A program made the translations under genes and the position numbers. Below the pieces are notes generated by a model that searched no databases, was not told the origin of the DNA, and saw only the letters and a list, made by a program, of their open reading frames with translations. DNA of 61,718 nucleotides, the filler included. It is 7 parts of 7 records of this genome, joined end to end, with 100 filler letters (N's around TTAATTAATTAA, not from the genome) between each part and the next. Parts side by side here need not be neighbours in the genome. Positions count along the whole stretch, not along the records: positions 1 to 10,263 come from SRR31156797_5294; 6 more parts are not named here. The stretch is one strand, 5' to 3'. Positions 1-10,363 of this stretch are shown here, piece by piece; the first letter of the stretch is position 1; every line of letters begins with the position of its first letter.

Positions 1-704
1 TCTTCCATCTTGGCCAGGGTGGCCTCAAAGCCCTCTTCCCTCTCGATAAACTTCAGGATCTTCTCAGCCGCAGCGGCATCGGACAGTTCGGTCAGGAGGC
101 GTATTACTTCATCCCTGCCGATCTTGGCCAGCTTATCCACGGTTCTCAGGACCTCTTCCGACTGTTCCCGGATGCCCAGGTTGTCCAGGAAGCGGTTGAA
201 GATGCCCCGGTGGTTGAGGTTGATCGTACAGTCCACATCTAATGCCTTCATGGAGCGGCGCATCATCATCAGGATCTCGAAGTCCGCAGAGGCGCAGTCG
301 GTACCCACGATATCGAAGTCGCACTGGGTGAACTCGCGGTAGCGGCCCCTCTGGGTGTTCTCGCCCCGCCATACCTTGTTGATATGGTAGCGCTTGAAGG
401 GAAGGTAGAGATCGTTCCTGTTTTTCGCGATATACCGGGCGAAGGGGATGGTCAGGTCGAAGCGCATGGCCACATCCCTCTTGCCGTTGTCCTGGAAACG
501 GTACATCTGCTTGTCCGTTTCGCCGCTGCCCTTGCCCAGAAGCACCTCGGTGTACTCCAGGACGGGGGTGTCGATGGGGACGAAGCCGTAGCCTTCGAAT
601 GTATCTTCCAGCAAACGGATCACCCGCTTGCGTTCTATCTCTGTCGCCGGGAGAAAGTCCCGGAATCCTTTCAGTATTTTCGGTTCTATAATCTTACTGC
701 TCAT
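1..704 (-). CDS. hisS: Histidyl-tRNA synthetase, N-terminal part (runs off window start; absent from the ORF track)
   Basis: Manual translation from ATG at 704: MSSKIIEPKILKGFRDFLP...GFVPIDTPVLEYTEVLLGKGSGETDKQMYRFQDNGKRDVAMRFDLTIPFARY...VWRGENTQRGRYREFTQCDFDIVG, which carries class II HisRS motifs 1 and 2. Confidence 0.95.
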   Translation of the reverse strand, partial: MSSKIIEPKILKGFRDFLPATEIERKRVIRLLEDTFEGYGFVPIDTPVLEYTEVLLGKGSGETDKQMYRFQDNGKRDVAMRFDLTIPFARYIAKNRNDLYLPFKRYHINKVWRGENTQRGRYREFTQCDFDIVGTDCASADFEILMMMRRSMKALDVDCTINLNHRGIFNRFLDNLGIREQSEEVLRTVDKLAKIGRDEVIRLLTELSDAAAAEKILKFIEREEGFEATLAKME

Positions 705-788
705 GGCCTTATATTGAACCCTTTGCCCCTTAATTTCAAGTAGACTCTTTCAGGCGCCCCAGGCCCTGTCCGGGCCGGCGCGGACGGC

Positions 789-2816
789 TCAGTCCAGTTT
801 GAAATCCCTGAACTGATCGGCCATTCCCTCGATGGCATCATGGTTCTGCTTCACAACCTCCTGGAGTTTATTGGTGAGCTGCATGATGTCCTGGGTTCCC
901 AGGGCCTGCTCCTTGGTCGCCTGAAGTATCTCCTGGAAGGCCCGGATCACCTGTTCGATAGAGTCCTGGACGTCCATGCTCTTGGCCGTTTCGGTTTTCG
1001 TGATGGCTTTTATGGTCTCGGTCGCCGACACCAGGGAGGATATGGCCTGGGATATCTCCTGGGCTCCCGATTTCTGTTCGAACATGGCATCGGCGATGCT
1101 GCCGATGAGCTGGGTTGTTTCGCTTGTGTCATTCTGAACTGATTCCAGTGCGTATCCCGCGTTCTCAGACAGCCTCACCCCCTTGTTGACAAGCTCCACC
1201 ATCTCCGAGATCCGCTCGTTGATCTGCTGGGCGCTTTCCGCCGAGTTCTCGGCCAGGTTTCTGACCTCTTCGGCTACGACGGCGAATCCCCGGCCCGCGT
1301 CCCCCGCATGGGCCGCCTCAATGGCCGCGTTCATGGCCAGCATATTGGTCTGGCTGGAGATCTTGGTGATCTGGGAGACCAGGTTGTTGACCTCGTCCGA
1401 CGAGTCCTCCACATCCCGTACCGCCGAGATGGAACTGTTGACAGCGTCTCCCCCCGCTTTGGCCACTTCGGTCAGCTGGGTCGACAGGCTCTTTGCCTCG
1501 TCGGTGCTCTCGTAAACCGTCTGTATGCTTTGGATAATCCTATCGATAGAGCTGGAGGTCTCTTCTACGAATCCGGCCTGGGTCTCCACGTTCTGTGAGA
1601 TCTGTTTCAGGGATTCGATCATGGTGATGATATCCTCTCCCGTGGCCTGGACGATGCGGTTGCGCGTCTCGGTGGTCCGGTTTATCTGCTCGATTGAGGC
1701 CACCATCTCTTCGGTGGCCGTGGCGGTGGTGTCTATCTGTTCGTTCAGGACGACTGAGTTGTTCTCCACCGTCTCCGCCGCTATGAACGCCAGCTTCATC
1801 TTCTGCCTGAGGTTTTCAATGAAGCGGTTCAGGTTGGTGATGATATAAGAGAACTCATCCAATTCGATCACGTCTATCTTCTTGGTCAGGTCTCCGTGTC
1901 CCTCCGCCAGCTCTCCCGTTTTGCGGACCAGGGCTTTCAGCTGGCGGCTCTGGAGGAGGTACTGGAGTCCGAAGACGATTCCCGCATAGCCGCCCATCAT
2001 TATCAGAAGCCAGAGGTAGCCCATCTCCAGCTCGCGCTGTTCCGATTTTCGCAGCTCAAGATCCGGAGGCGGCAGTTCAGAGCCCCTCTCTCCGGCGCTG
2101 CCCACGCGGTGGCGCATCAGCTCTATCCTGTCCTTTGATCCGCTCGTTGCCTTCAGGGAAGCGTCGGTGATGACGAAGATCATGCTCAGGGCGATGCACA
2201 GAGGAACGATGGTGTTGGTCATTATCCTCTTATTGAATCTGCGCAGTCTGTAGCGGCTCTCCTTGATCTTCAGCATCTCAAAGATACGGCGGCGCACGAA
2301 GAGGTTGACGCATATCCCCGTCAGAAAGGCTGTGTTCAGGGCGAGGCTCAGTTTGGCAAGGACTCCGAAAAGCAGGGGGATGGGGGACAGATGGGCGAAG
2401 TCCAGGGCCCACAAGCCGTGGATCAGAAAGAGGGCTATGGCCAAAAGGCTCCTGTTGAAGTTGCACCCCTCGAATCTCTTGATGGCGGCGTCAAGCTCTT
2501 CGGGGCTGACGCCGCTCCTGTCGTTATAGTATTTCAGGTAGGTCCTGTGCACAGGCCTGAGAGCGATATGGTTGAAAAGGCTGAGGATGAGAGCCGGAAT
2601 CATAAGAGAGAAGAGGGTAAGGAAAAGATAGAACTTTACGGCTCCCTCGCCTTTGGCTATGTTCAGTCCCGCTTCCAGACCGAAGGCGTCCAGGGTCGTA
2701 CTGAACAGGATCCCCCCTATCAGGATGATGCTGCTTATGACGCTGATCCTCGCTCTGAAATGGGGGAAGCCGCTTTTTTTTGCTGTCGATTTCATGGTTT
2801 TTCCTTTTCTGTCCAT
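789..2816 (-). CDS. Methyl-accepting chemotaxis protein (multi-TM N-terminus, HAMP, signalling domain)
   Basis: Signalling hairpin [53 protein letters not shown]; start may be 2795. Confidence 0.93.
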   Translation of the reverse strand: MDRKGKTMKSTAKKSGFPHFRARISVISSIILIGGILFSTTLDAFGLEAGLNIAKGEGAVKFYLFLTLFSLMIPALILSLFNHIALRPVHRTYLKYYNDRSGVSPEELDAAIKRFEGCNFNRSLLAIALFLIHGLWALDFAHLSPIPLLFGVLAKLSLALNTAFLTGICVNLFVRRRIFEMLKIKESRYRLRRFNKRIMTNTIVPLCIALSMIFVITDASLKATSGSKDRIELMRHRVGSAGERGSELPPPDLELRKSEQRELEMGYLWLLIMMGGYAGIVFGLQYLLQSRQLKALVRKTGELAEGHGDLTKKIDVIELDEFSYIITNLNRFIENLRQKMKLAFIAAETVENNSVVLNEQIDTTATATEEMVASIEQINRTTETRNRIVQATGEDIITMIESLKQISQNVETQAGFVEETSSSIDRIIQSIQTVYESTDEAKSLSTQLTEVAKAGGDAVNSSISAVRDVEDSSDEVNNLVSQITKISSQTNMLAMNAAIEAAHAGDAGRGFAVVAEEVRNLAENSAESAQQINERISEMVELVNKGVRLSENAGYALESVQNDTSETTQLIGSIADAMFEQKSGAQEISQAISSLVSATETIKAITKTETAKSMDVQDSIEQVIRAFQEILQATKEQALGTQDIMQLTNKLQEVVKQNHDAIEGMADQFRDFKLD

Positions 2817-3075
2817 AGGGAAAGATCCTGCTTAACGCAGTATGCCCGTATTATATAAAGCATAATCTTTTGAGAAAGCATTGGGAAAGGAAATTCATGG
2901 ATTGTTTATGATTCGGAACTTGGATCATCTCTCCCGGGGGGGGCGAGTTGTCTCTCCGGACGGTCAGGCTCTTCTTTATCTGACATCCCTGATTTCTTCC
3001 GCCTCATTCCATCCTGAACTCCTTTTCCGGGGGCTTTATTGGGAAGAGGGGGGGAATTCCACTATAATTGGAGTG

Positions 3076-5391
3076 ATGAGAATACGTTTTACCGTATATA
3101 ACAAAATACTATTGCCCCTGTTGTTTTTGATCCTGCCTCTGGGGATGATCTATATCTTCAACGGAGACCGGGATGAGGTGGATCGTTATCTGTATGACAA
3201 AAGCGTCCATCTGAAGCAGATCCTCAGTAATGTGGATTACAGCTTCACCGCCTACGAACAGCTGATAAGCACGGCCGGCGTCATCGTGGAAGAACTGCCG
3301 CAACAGGTTTCCGCCCATGAGAACGCCCTCAGGCAGATCTTTCGTTCCTCCCGTTCAGAGCTTGTTTACGGTATCGGCATCTGGTACGAGCCCCGAGCCT
3401 TCAACTCCAGGGCCGAGCGATACGGACCCTATATAAGGCTCGTCACCCCTACGGCTGAAGAGGCCGAGATCACCTATTTCTGGAACACCCCTGAATACGA
3501 CTACCATAAACGGGACTGGTACCTTGACTCTCTGCATCAGGAGAAGGGGGGGATCGCCATCTCTCCGCCCTTCTTCGACAGCGACTATACCTATATCACC
3601 TTCGGGACGCCCTTTTTCAGGGACGGCGTGCCGATCGGAGTCGTCACGGTCGATATCATCCTGCCCCTCCTGCAAGAGTATTTCTCCGTATACGACTTCT
3701 CTGGGTTTTCCGGCGTTTATCTGACCACCGGCGACGGAAGCGTCGTTTTCTCCAGGACCGTGGCGGACGAGGATTCTCTGAAAAAACATGCCATGGAAGG
3801 GGCGCAGCCCGGTCTTTTCGAGGAGAGAACGGCGGTATTCGACAGGGGTGAGATCGAAGAGTTCTTCAGATCGCTCGGCGAGGAGCCCGTCGTTATCGAT
3901 CATGAGACCCGGAACGGGGTTTTCCGTATCCACGGTTTCATCAATGAAACGGCCGTGCTGCTGGAACATGTTTCCCGTCATATATCCCATTATCTGGTCT
4001 TTCTGTTCTTTTGGGGAACCGCCTTTGCCCTCGCCCTTTTCAGCAGCTCCTATATGAGAAAGAATCTCCAGAACAGGGTGCTCAATACGGAAAACGACCG
4101 TCTCAAGGATGAGATCCGCCGGCGGGAGGAAGCCGAGGCCCGACTGAGTTTCCAGGCCTATCATGATGAAGTCAGCGGCCTGAAAAACCTGCATGCTTTT
4201 GTCGCCGAAGAGGCCGATCCCCGGCGGAAGAGCGACGGACGCTCTATGATACAGATCTCTCTGGACAATATCCGGGAGCTCTCCATGATCCTGGACAGGG
4301 AGATCATCGATCAGGCCCTGAAGCTTTTTACCTCGAGGCTGAAGGGGATGTGTCCGCCCGGAGCCCGCCTCTACCGCTCCCGGGGCTTCTCTTTCCTTAT
4401 CGTCCGTGAGAAGGACGGAGCCAGTGAACACGCCGAGGTCCTGGCCAGGGAGTTCCGTCAGGCCCTGCGCCTGGGGACGCGCAACGTGAGACTGCGTGCC
4501 CGGACGGGTCTGGTGGATTTTTCCGAGGCCGCCGATCTGGAGCAGATCCTTTCCATGAGCCAGTCCACCCTGACGGATCAGAGCGAGCTGAATGCGGGAG
4601 GAGTTTCCCGTTACGACCGGAATGTTCAGGAACGGAAATCCCGTCAGGTGATACTGGACGCCGCCATGAGCCAGCCCGGATTTATCCATGAGCTGCTTGT
4701 GGTCTATCAACCCATCGTCAGGATCGACGATCGGAGCTACGTGGGCATGGAGGCGCTGGTTCGCTGGGAGAGCGCGACCCTGGGGAGGACGGTCTCTCCC
4801 GGTGAATTCATACCCCTGGCCGAGGAGAACGGAATCATAATCGAGCTGGGGTGGTACGTTCTCGAGTCGGTTCTGAAGATCCTCTCCGGCCCTCTCGCGG
4901 AGAGCAGCCTGTTCGTGACGGTCAATGTCAGTCCCCTGCAGTTGATCGAACTGGACTTCCCTGAAAAACTGGACGCCCTTCTGAAGGCCTATTCGGTGGA
5001 CAAGGGCCGACTGAAACTGGAGATCACCGAGTCCTCCGCCGCCCTGGCCATCGCATCGTTCTGGCAGATCGTGGAGGAGCTTATTCGACTGGATTACCGA
5101 CTGGCCATCGATGATTTCGGCACGGGAGAGTCATCCTTCCACCGTCTCTACAATATGGACTTCGATACATTGAAGATCGACAGGAGTTTTATAAAGAATC
5201 TGCATACGGACCAGAGGTCACTGGAGATCTGCCGTTCCCTGTTGGGCCTGGGGAGGACCATCGGCAGCTATGTGGTGACCGAAGGCGTGGAAACAGAGGA
5301 GGAACACAGGGCTCTGTCGGAGATCGGAGTGGAGTACGCCCAGGGCTACCTCTATTCACGTCCCCTACCTATCGATGATATTTTGGGTTGA
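3076..5391 (+). CDS. Membrane-bound Cache-domain / degenerate GGDEF / EAL c-di-GMP phosphodiesterase
   Basis: Cache motifs YDYHKRDWY..SPPFFD..GVVTVDI; EALVRW, EITES, IDDFGTG, LKIDRSF, EGVE, QGYLYSRP. Start placed at ATG 3076 after GGAG rather than 2881. Confidence 0.9.
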   Translation: MRIRFTVYNKILLPLLFLILPLGMIYIFNGDRDEVDRYLYDKSVHLKQILSNVDYSFTAYEQLISTAGVIVEELPQQVSAHENALRQIFRSSRSELVYGIGIWYEPRAFNSRAERYGPYIRLVTPTAEEAEITYFWNTPEYDYHKRDWYLDSLHQEKGGIAISPPFFDSDYTYITFGTPFFRDGVPIGVVTVDIILPLLQEYFSVYDFSGFSGVYLTTGDGSVVFSRTVADEDSLKKHAMEGAQPGLFEERTAVFDRGEIEEFFRSLGEEPVVIDHETRNGVFRIHGFINETAVLLEHVSRHISHYLVFLFFWGTAFALALFSSSYMRKNLQNRVLNTENDRLKDEIRRREEAEARLSFQAYHDEVSGLKNLHAFVAEEADPRRKSDGRSMIQISLDNIRELSMILDREIIDQALKLFTSRLKGMCPPGARLYRSRGFSFLIVREKDGASEHAEVLAREFRQALRLGTRNVRLRARTGLVDFSEAADLEQILSMSQSTLTDQSELNAGGVSRYDRNVQERKSRQVILDAAMSQPGFIHELLVVYQPIVRIDDRSYVGMEALVRWESATLGRTVSPGEFIPLAEENGIIIELGWYVLESVLKILSGPLAESSLFVTVNVSPLQLIELDFPEKLDALLKAYSVDKGRLKLEITESSAALAIASFWQIVEELIRLDYRLAIDDFGTGESSFHRLYNMDFDTLKIDRSFIKNLHTDQRSLEICRSLLGLGRTIGSYVVTEGVETEEEHRALSEIGVEYAQGYLYSRPLPIDDILG

Positions 5392-5440
5392 CCCATCGGC
5401 GTATCAGCCGGATATAATGAGATTATACCAGGAACGAATA

Positions 5441-7174
5441 ATGAAAGAGAATGCGGAGAGGATCATCGATCCTGAACAGCCCTATCAGATGGCCGAGGGC
5501 ATCTGGTGGGTAGGCCACTACCTCGAGGGCGATGAGTTTCAGTGTCACAGTTATCTTATCGAAAACGGAAGGGACTCCATCCTTCTGGATCCCGGGTCGG
5601 CCCTGACCTTTCCGAAGTCATTGGCCAAGATAGAGAGGATCGTAGCTTTCTCCGATATCCGGTACTTTGTCGTACATCATCAGGATCCGGATATCACGGG
5701 GGCCCTGGACCTGATCGACAGGATCGTATACAGGGAAGATGCCCGCATCCTGAGTCACTGGAGGGCCATTGCCCTTCTGAAGCATCTGAATCTCAAAATG
5801 CCGATGGAGTGCGTTGAGAAGATGGGCTGGTCTTTGCAGGCGGGATCGCGCAAGCTGGAGTTTATCTTTACCCCCTATCTTCATTTCCCCGGAGCCTTCT
5901 GCTCCTTCGACAGGAAGACGGGTTCCCTTTTTTCGAGCGATCTGGCCGGCGGCTTTACAGAGGACTTCTCTCTTTTCGCCCCCGACGAATCCTACATCGA
6001 ATCGATTCGGCTTTTCCATGAGCACTATATGCCCTCCCGGGAGATCCTGGCTTTTGCGGTTGATAAATTTGAGAAGCTTCCGTTGAACAGGATTCTTCCC
6101 CAGCACGGCTCGGTCATCGGGAAGGAGCTCGTCTCTCCGGTGTTGGAGGCGATGAAGAATATGGACTGCGGCCTGTATCTTATGACCCAGACCGATACGG
6201 ACGTTAAAAGGCTTTCCCTTTTGAACGAGTTCATGAAGGCGTTCATGAAAACCCTGGTCTTCCATAGGGACTTCAACAGCTCCGCCGGTGAGATCCTCAG
6301 ACACATCGGTCTGATCATTCCGGCGTCGGATCTGAGTTTTATCATCAGAGACAGGGAAGAAGACGCGTGGGTTATTCTGGAGGCTAAGAACCATTACCGG
6401 AGCGTTCCCTTCCATCCCGTGCACGAGTTGGAGCCCATTCTCAGAGCCCTGGATAAGCATTACATCCTTAAAGACGCGGCCGGTGATTCCATCCTGCTTC
6501 CTCTGGGAGAGGCCGGCGGCGAAAGCGGCGCCTGCGCGCTGATAACCCTGAAGGACGATGTGGACATCGACGGGGAAACCGAATCCGTATTGGAGCAGAT
6601 CCGCGTTCCCTTGAGCATCGCCGTTGAGAGAGAGCTTATCCAGCAGAAGCTGGATGCGGAAAAGAAGTCATTCTACGAGCTGTCCATCAAGGATAATCTC
6701 ACCGGCCTGTACAACAGAACCTATATGAATGAAACCGTCCCCAGGCTCCTGTCTCATCATGACCGGGGCGTACTGAAGGGCATCGCCCTCCTGATGTTGG
6801 ATCTTGATCACTTCAAACAGGTAAACGACCGCTACGGCCATGCCACGGGCGATCTGGTTCTGAAGGAAGCCGCCTCCGCCATACAGCGCATGCTGCGCAA
6901 AGGGGACCTTTCGGTCCGGGTGGGGGGCGAGGAGTTCGCCGTATTCCTGATCCTGGAAGAGGAGAGCGACATTCAGGGCATGGCCGAGAGGATCAGAAGG
7001 GAGATCAGGGATATCGATTTTTCAGACCTTATGATGGGGCGCAGGCAGACCATCAGCGGTGGGCTGGCCGTCAGGGAGAAGGGGGAGATCCTGGAGGATC
7101 TTTTTTCCCGCGCCGATTCCTATCTGTACACCGCCAAAAAAGAGGGGCGCGACAGGATCTGCAGCGCCGGCTAA
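5441..7174 (+). CDS. MBL-fold di-iron (ODP/FprA-like) sensor fused to GGDEF diguanylate cyclase
   Basis: N-terminal HHQDPD, HFPG, SSDL, PQHG metal motifs; C-terminal DNLTGLYNR, DLDHFKQVNDRYGH, RVGGEEF. Confidence 0.88.
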   Translation: MKENAERIIDPEQPYQMAEGIWWVGHYLEGDEFQCHSYLIENGRDSILLDPGSALTFPKSLAKIERIVAFSDIRYFVVHHQDPDITGALDLIDRIVYREDARILSHWRAIALLKHLNLKMPMECVEKMGWSLQAGSRKLEFIFTPYLHFPGAFCSFDRKTGSLFSSDLAGGFTEDFSLFAPDESYIESIRLFHEHYMPSREILAFAVDKFEKLPLNRILPQHGSVIGKELVSPVLEAMKNMDCGLYLMTQTDTDVKRLSLLNEFMKAFMKTLVFHRDFNSSAGEILRHIGLIIPASDLSFIIRDREEDAWVILEAKNHYRSVPFHPVHELEPILRALDKHYILKDAAGDSILLPLGEAGGESGACALITLKDDVDIDGETESVLEQIRVPLSIAVERELIQQKLDAEKKSFYELSIKDNLTGLYNRTYMNETVPRLLSHHDRGVLKGIALLMLDLDHFKQVNDRYGHATGDLVLKEAASAIQRMLRKGDLSVRVGGEEFAVFLILEEESDIQGMAERIRREIRDIDFSDLMMGRRQTISGGLAVREKGEILEDLFSRADSYLYTAKKEGRDRICSAG

Positions 7175-7181
7175 AAGAAAA

Positions 7182-7203
7182 GGGGCCGTCTCGTGACAAC
7201 CCC
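7182..7203 (-). terminator. Rho-independent terminator of the AGCS symporter gene
   Basis: GGGGTTGTC-ACGA-GACGGCCCC followed by TTTTCTTTT on the minus strand. Confidence 0.7.
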
Positions 7204-7230
7204 ATGGATACCGTTACCGATCGAAGTCCG

Positions 7231-8628
7231 TCAGCCTTCGCTTGCCTGCGCTGACGCGGCGCCCAGGGCTTTATCCTTCGCCTCTCCGGCGGTCTGGAAG
7301 ATGATGGCGCTCAGGGCGATCAGGGCTACCAGGTTGGGGATGGCCATCAGTCCGTTAAAGGTATCCGACAGATCCCATACTATGCCCAGCTTGAGGATCG
7401 TACCCACCAGAACCGCCGCCAGGAAGACGATCTTGTAAACCGTTATGGAGCGGGTGCCCGCGATATACTCCATGCACTTGGAGCCGTAGTAATACCATCC
7501 CAGGATGGTGGAGAAAGCGAAGAAGATCAGGCCCAGGGATACCAGGTACTTGCCGATGCCGGGAAGGGCGGCGTCGAAGGCCCTGGTGGTCAGGGCGGCG
7601 CCGTTCAGCCCGTCGGCCACGGCCATCATGCCGTCGGCGCCGAAGCTGATCAGTCCGGACACCAGGATTACCAGAGCGGTCATGGTACAGATGATCAGGG
7701 TGTCGATAAAGGAGCCCAGTGAGGCTATCAGGCCCTGGGTATAGGGATTGTCGTTGGCAGAGGCCGCGTGGGCGATGGGAGCGGAGCCTAGACCGGCTTC
7801 GTTGGAGAAGACCCCCCGGGCTACGCCGAGGCGGATGACCGTACCCACGAGACCGCCGGCTACGGCGCTGCTGTTAAAGGCGCTCCCGAAGATCATGCCG
7901 AAGGCGGCGGGGATCAGGCCGATTCTGCCGATCAGAACCGCCAGGGAGCCTATGACGAAAAACAGGGCCATAAAGGGAACGATCTTGGATGTCACCCGGG
8001 CGATGGACTTGATGCCGCCGATGATCACCAGGGCCGTCAGTACGGTCAGGATGACTCCCGTGGCCACGGGGGGGAGTCCGAATCCGGTGTGCAGGGCGTC
8101 GGCTACCGAGTTGGACTGCACCATGCTACCGATGCCGAAGGAGGCGAACATGCCGAAGAAGGCGAAGAGCCAGCCCAGCCAGGCCCAGTTGCCGCCGAAC
8201 CTGTCTTTCATTCCGTTTTTGATGTAGTACATGGGACCGCCCGACTGCTCTCCCTTGTCGTTGACCTCCCGGTAACGGATGGCCAGGACGGCCTCGCCGA
8301 ACTTGGTGGCCCCTCCGAAGGCGGCGGTCATCCACATCCAGAAAACGGCTCCCGGGCCGCCCACGGCTATGGCCGTCGCCACGCCGGCGATGTTGCCCGT
8401 TCCGATGGTAGCGGAGAGGGAGGTCATCAGGGCCTGGAAGGGGGTGATGTCACCCGCGCCCGTATGGTCCTTGCTGAACAAAAGGCGGAAGGCCAGGTTC
8501 AGCTTTCTGAACTGTATAAAACGGGTTCCCAGGGAGAGGAGGATCCCCGTGCCCACGAGAAGCACAATCATCACAGGACCCCAGGCGAAGCTGTTGACCC
8601 TGGATACGATATTAGTAAAAAATTCCAA
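7231..8628 (-). CDS. Sodium:alanine/glycine symporter (AGCS/AlsT family)
   Basis: ATIGTGNIAGVATAIAVGGPGAVFWMW and RGVFSNEAGLGSAPIAHA signatures. Confidence 0.95.
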   Translation of the reverse strand: MEFFTNIVSRVNSFAWGPVMIVLLVGTGILLSLGTRFIQFRKLNLAFRLLFSKDHTGAGDITPFQALMTSLSATIGTGNIAGVATAIAVGGPGAVFWMWMTAAFGGATKFGEAVLAIRYREVNDKGEQSGGPMYYIKNGMKDRFGGNWAWLGWLFAFFGMFASFGIGSMVQSNSVADALHTGFGLPPVATGVILTVLTALVIIGGIKSIARVTSKIVPFMALFFVIGSLAVLIGRIGLIPAAFGMIFGSAFNSSAVAGGLVGTVIRLGVARGVFSNEAGLGSAPIAHAASANDNPYTQGLIASLGSFIDTLIICTMTALVILVSGLISFGADGMMAVADGLNGAALTTRAFDAALPGIGKYLVSLGLIFFAFSTILGWYYYGSKCMEYIAGTRSITVYKIVFLAAVLVGTILKLGIVWDLSDTFNGLMAIPNLVALIALSAIIFQTAGEAKDKALGAASAQASEG

Positions 8629-8878
8629 ATCAGGACTCCTTTATTACGATAAATACAGATATTCTATTATATTATTTCGTTATCTGCGAAATATTTGAGA
8701 TATACTGTTTAGCTCAATCATGAGGGTTTGGCAAGTCCGAATTTCGAAGGCTTCGTTAGATGTACATCCCTTCAATTTAACGTTTTTGAATCCTTTTAGA
8801 TGTGATTTGATTAAATCTGAAATTATCAGGTTTTTTTTTGCGGAAAGCGGAACAACCGATGGGATATTACATTTTTGT

Positions 8879-8913
8879 AAAAAAACGGCCCTTGCGAGCC
8901 GTCTTTCCTTTTT
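8879..8913 (-). terminator. Probable terminator after the DUF4382 gene
   Basis: ACGGC-CCTTGCGA-GCCGT stem flanked by A and T tracts. Confidence 0.5.
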
Positions 8914-8923
8914 CGTCTACAGC

Positions 8924-9874
8924 CTATTCAGCAAGGGGCGGAGGTGTCAGGTCTATGTTCTGAGTGGTGGCGTTTCCTGCGCTTACGGCCACGTCCTCCT
9001 GTACCTTCGTATAGCTTCCGAATCCGTCTCCGGGCCAGTATTCGGCGACGATTACATCGTATGTCCCTTCGGCAAGGAAGGGGAGGACATAGCTTCCGTC
9101 GTCTCCCAGGGGGCAGGTATTCACAGCATTGACCATCACCATTCCGTCGGCGTCTGGAGTCTGCTCACCGGCTGAATAATCGTCCGCTTCATAGGCATAG
9201 ACGTACCAGTCGCTGTAATCGAAGTTATCACCGTTCATGGTGACCGTTCCTTTTATCCTTCCCGCCTCGTCGTCCACTATCAACCGGATCACCGGTTTCA
9301 GTTTATACACGCCGCCTCCCGAATCCACGAGGGACTTGCGGGCGTCGAAGTCGGCGGTGACCGTCACGCTGCCGTTGGCGGGGATATCGAAGGAACCCAC
9401 AGCCTTGAATCCGGAGCTGCTGCCGCTCGGTATATAGAGGGGATAGGTTTCGATCCCCCCTGCGGGGGTGTAATCGTACTCCAGATAGCAGCCGGGATTG
9501 CTGCCGTCGTCACCCTCTTCCGGGGCGTTCAGCTTAAAGCGGATCTGATTGACCTTTCCCGCAGGGAGTTCCACATCCTCGGCCAGGGCCAGAGAGAGGC
9601 CTCCCGTATAATCCAGAAGGTTAATATCCAGGCCGTCGGGATCGAAGGTCTTCAGCAGCTGCCAGCCGTCGTCTCCGGTACCGGAGATCTGGGCGCTGAT
9701 CTCGGTGACATTGATATTGACGACCGTAAGCTTGTTCGTGCTCACGGGCGCATCCGTGAGATTAACAGTCACAAAACCCGTTTCGGCATTGCTATCGCCG
9801 CTGCCGCTGCTGTCGCAGGAAGAGAATATAAGAAAGGCAGACAGCAGAATCATAATCATCTTTTTCATCGACAA
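8924..9874 (-). CDS. DUF4382-domain lipoprotein
   Basis: Spirochaete-like lipobox FSSC; VNLTDAP, INLLD, QIRF, DFDARKS and YKLKPVIR motifs. Confidence 0.75.
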   Translation of the reverse strand: MSMKKMIMILLSAFLIFSSCDSSGSGDSNAETGFVTVNLTDAPVSTNKLTVVNINVTEISAQISGTGDDGWQLLKTFDPDGLDINLLDYTGGLSLALAEDVELPAGKVNQIRFKLNAPEEGDDGSNPGCYLEYDYTPAGGIETYPLYIPSGSSSGFKAVGSFDIPANGSVTVTADFDARKSLVDSGGGVYKLKPVIRLIVDDEAGRIKGTVTMNGDNFDYSDWYVYAYEADDYSAGEQTPDADGMVMVNAVNTCPLGDDGSYVLPFLAEGTYDVIVAEYWPGDGFGSYTKVQEDVAVSAGNATTQNIDLTPPPLAE

Positions 9875-9917
9875 TCCTCCGCTTTCCCTTATATTATACA
9901 GTCAGGTCACGGGTATT

Positions 9918-10263
9918 TCATTCTTTATCGGCTCTTTGGACCGCATTCCTCAGCCAGGGCATATCCACAGCTCCGGTCCGGGAGGCCGCGAGCTCTCCCT
10001 CGCTGTTGAAGACCAGGGTGGTCGGCAGAGCGCTGACCTTGAACAGGGCCGCTCCCCGGCCCTCCGTATCCAGGTAAACGGGGAGGTCTCGGGCCTCCTC
10101 TTCGATAAAGGCGAGAAGCTTCTCCCGGGACCTTTCGCTGTCCGTCATATTGAGGGCGTAGAACTGGATATCGCTGTCTCCGTACTCCTCCCACCAACGC
10201 CTGAGCTCGGGCATCTCGGCCCGGCAGGGCGGACACCAGCTCGCCCAGAGATTGATCACCGTC
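9918..10263 (-). CDS. TlpA/ResA-family thiol-disulfide oxidoreductase (5' truncated by contig end)
   Basis: INLWASWCPPCRAEMPEL...ALPTT. Confidence 0.9.
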
Positions 10264-10363
10264 NNNNNNNNNNNNNNNNNNNNNNNNNNNNNNNNNNNNN
10301 NNNNNNNTTAATTAATTAANNNNNNNNNNNNNNNNNNNNNNNNNNNNNNNNNNNNNNNNNNNN
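10264..10363. other. Artificial contig spacer
   Basis: N44-TTAATTAATTAA-N44 (stops in all six frames); genes are cut on both sides. Confidence 0.99.

Noticed and set aside
10-743. Plus-strand and alternative-frame ORFs in the track
   Set aside because: Shadows of hisS, which the track misses because it has no stop in the window
2880-3060. GGA-rich stretch on the minus strand (CAGGATG, CAGGGATG) resembling CsrA sites, or a 33-aa ORF
   Set aside because: Motifs are not clearly in hairpin loops and there is no terminator; not distinguishable from chance
3355-6460. Long antisense ORFs (451 aa, 280 aa) and similar ones opposite the MCP, AGCS, psrA and gltS genes
   Set aside because: Expected from codon bias in GC-rich genes; no recognisable motifs
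8630-8900. Glycine riboswitch expected upstream of the AGCS symporter
   Set aside because: No GGAGA...CCGAAG...CUCAGG aptamer pattern seen on the minus strand
10308-10319. TTAATTAATTAA recurring six times, and ORFs running into X tracts
   Set aside because: Artificial linker, not a biological repeat or CRISPR array
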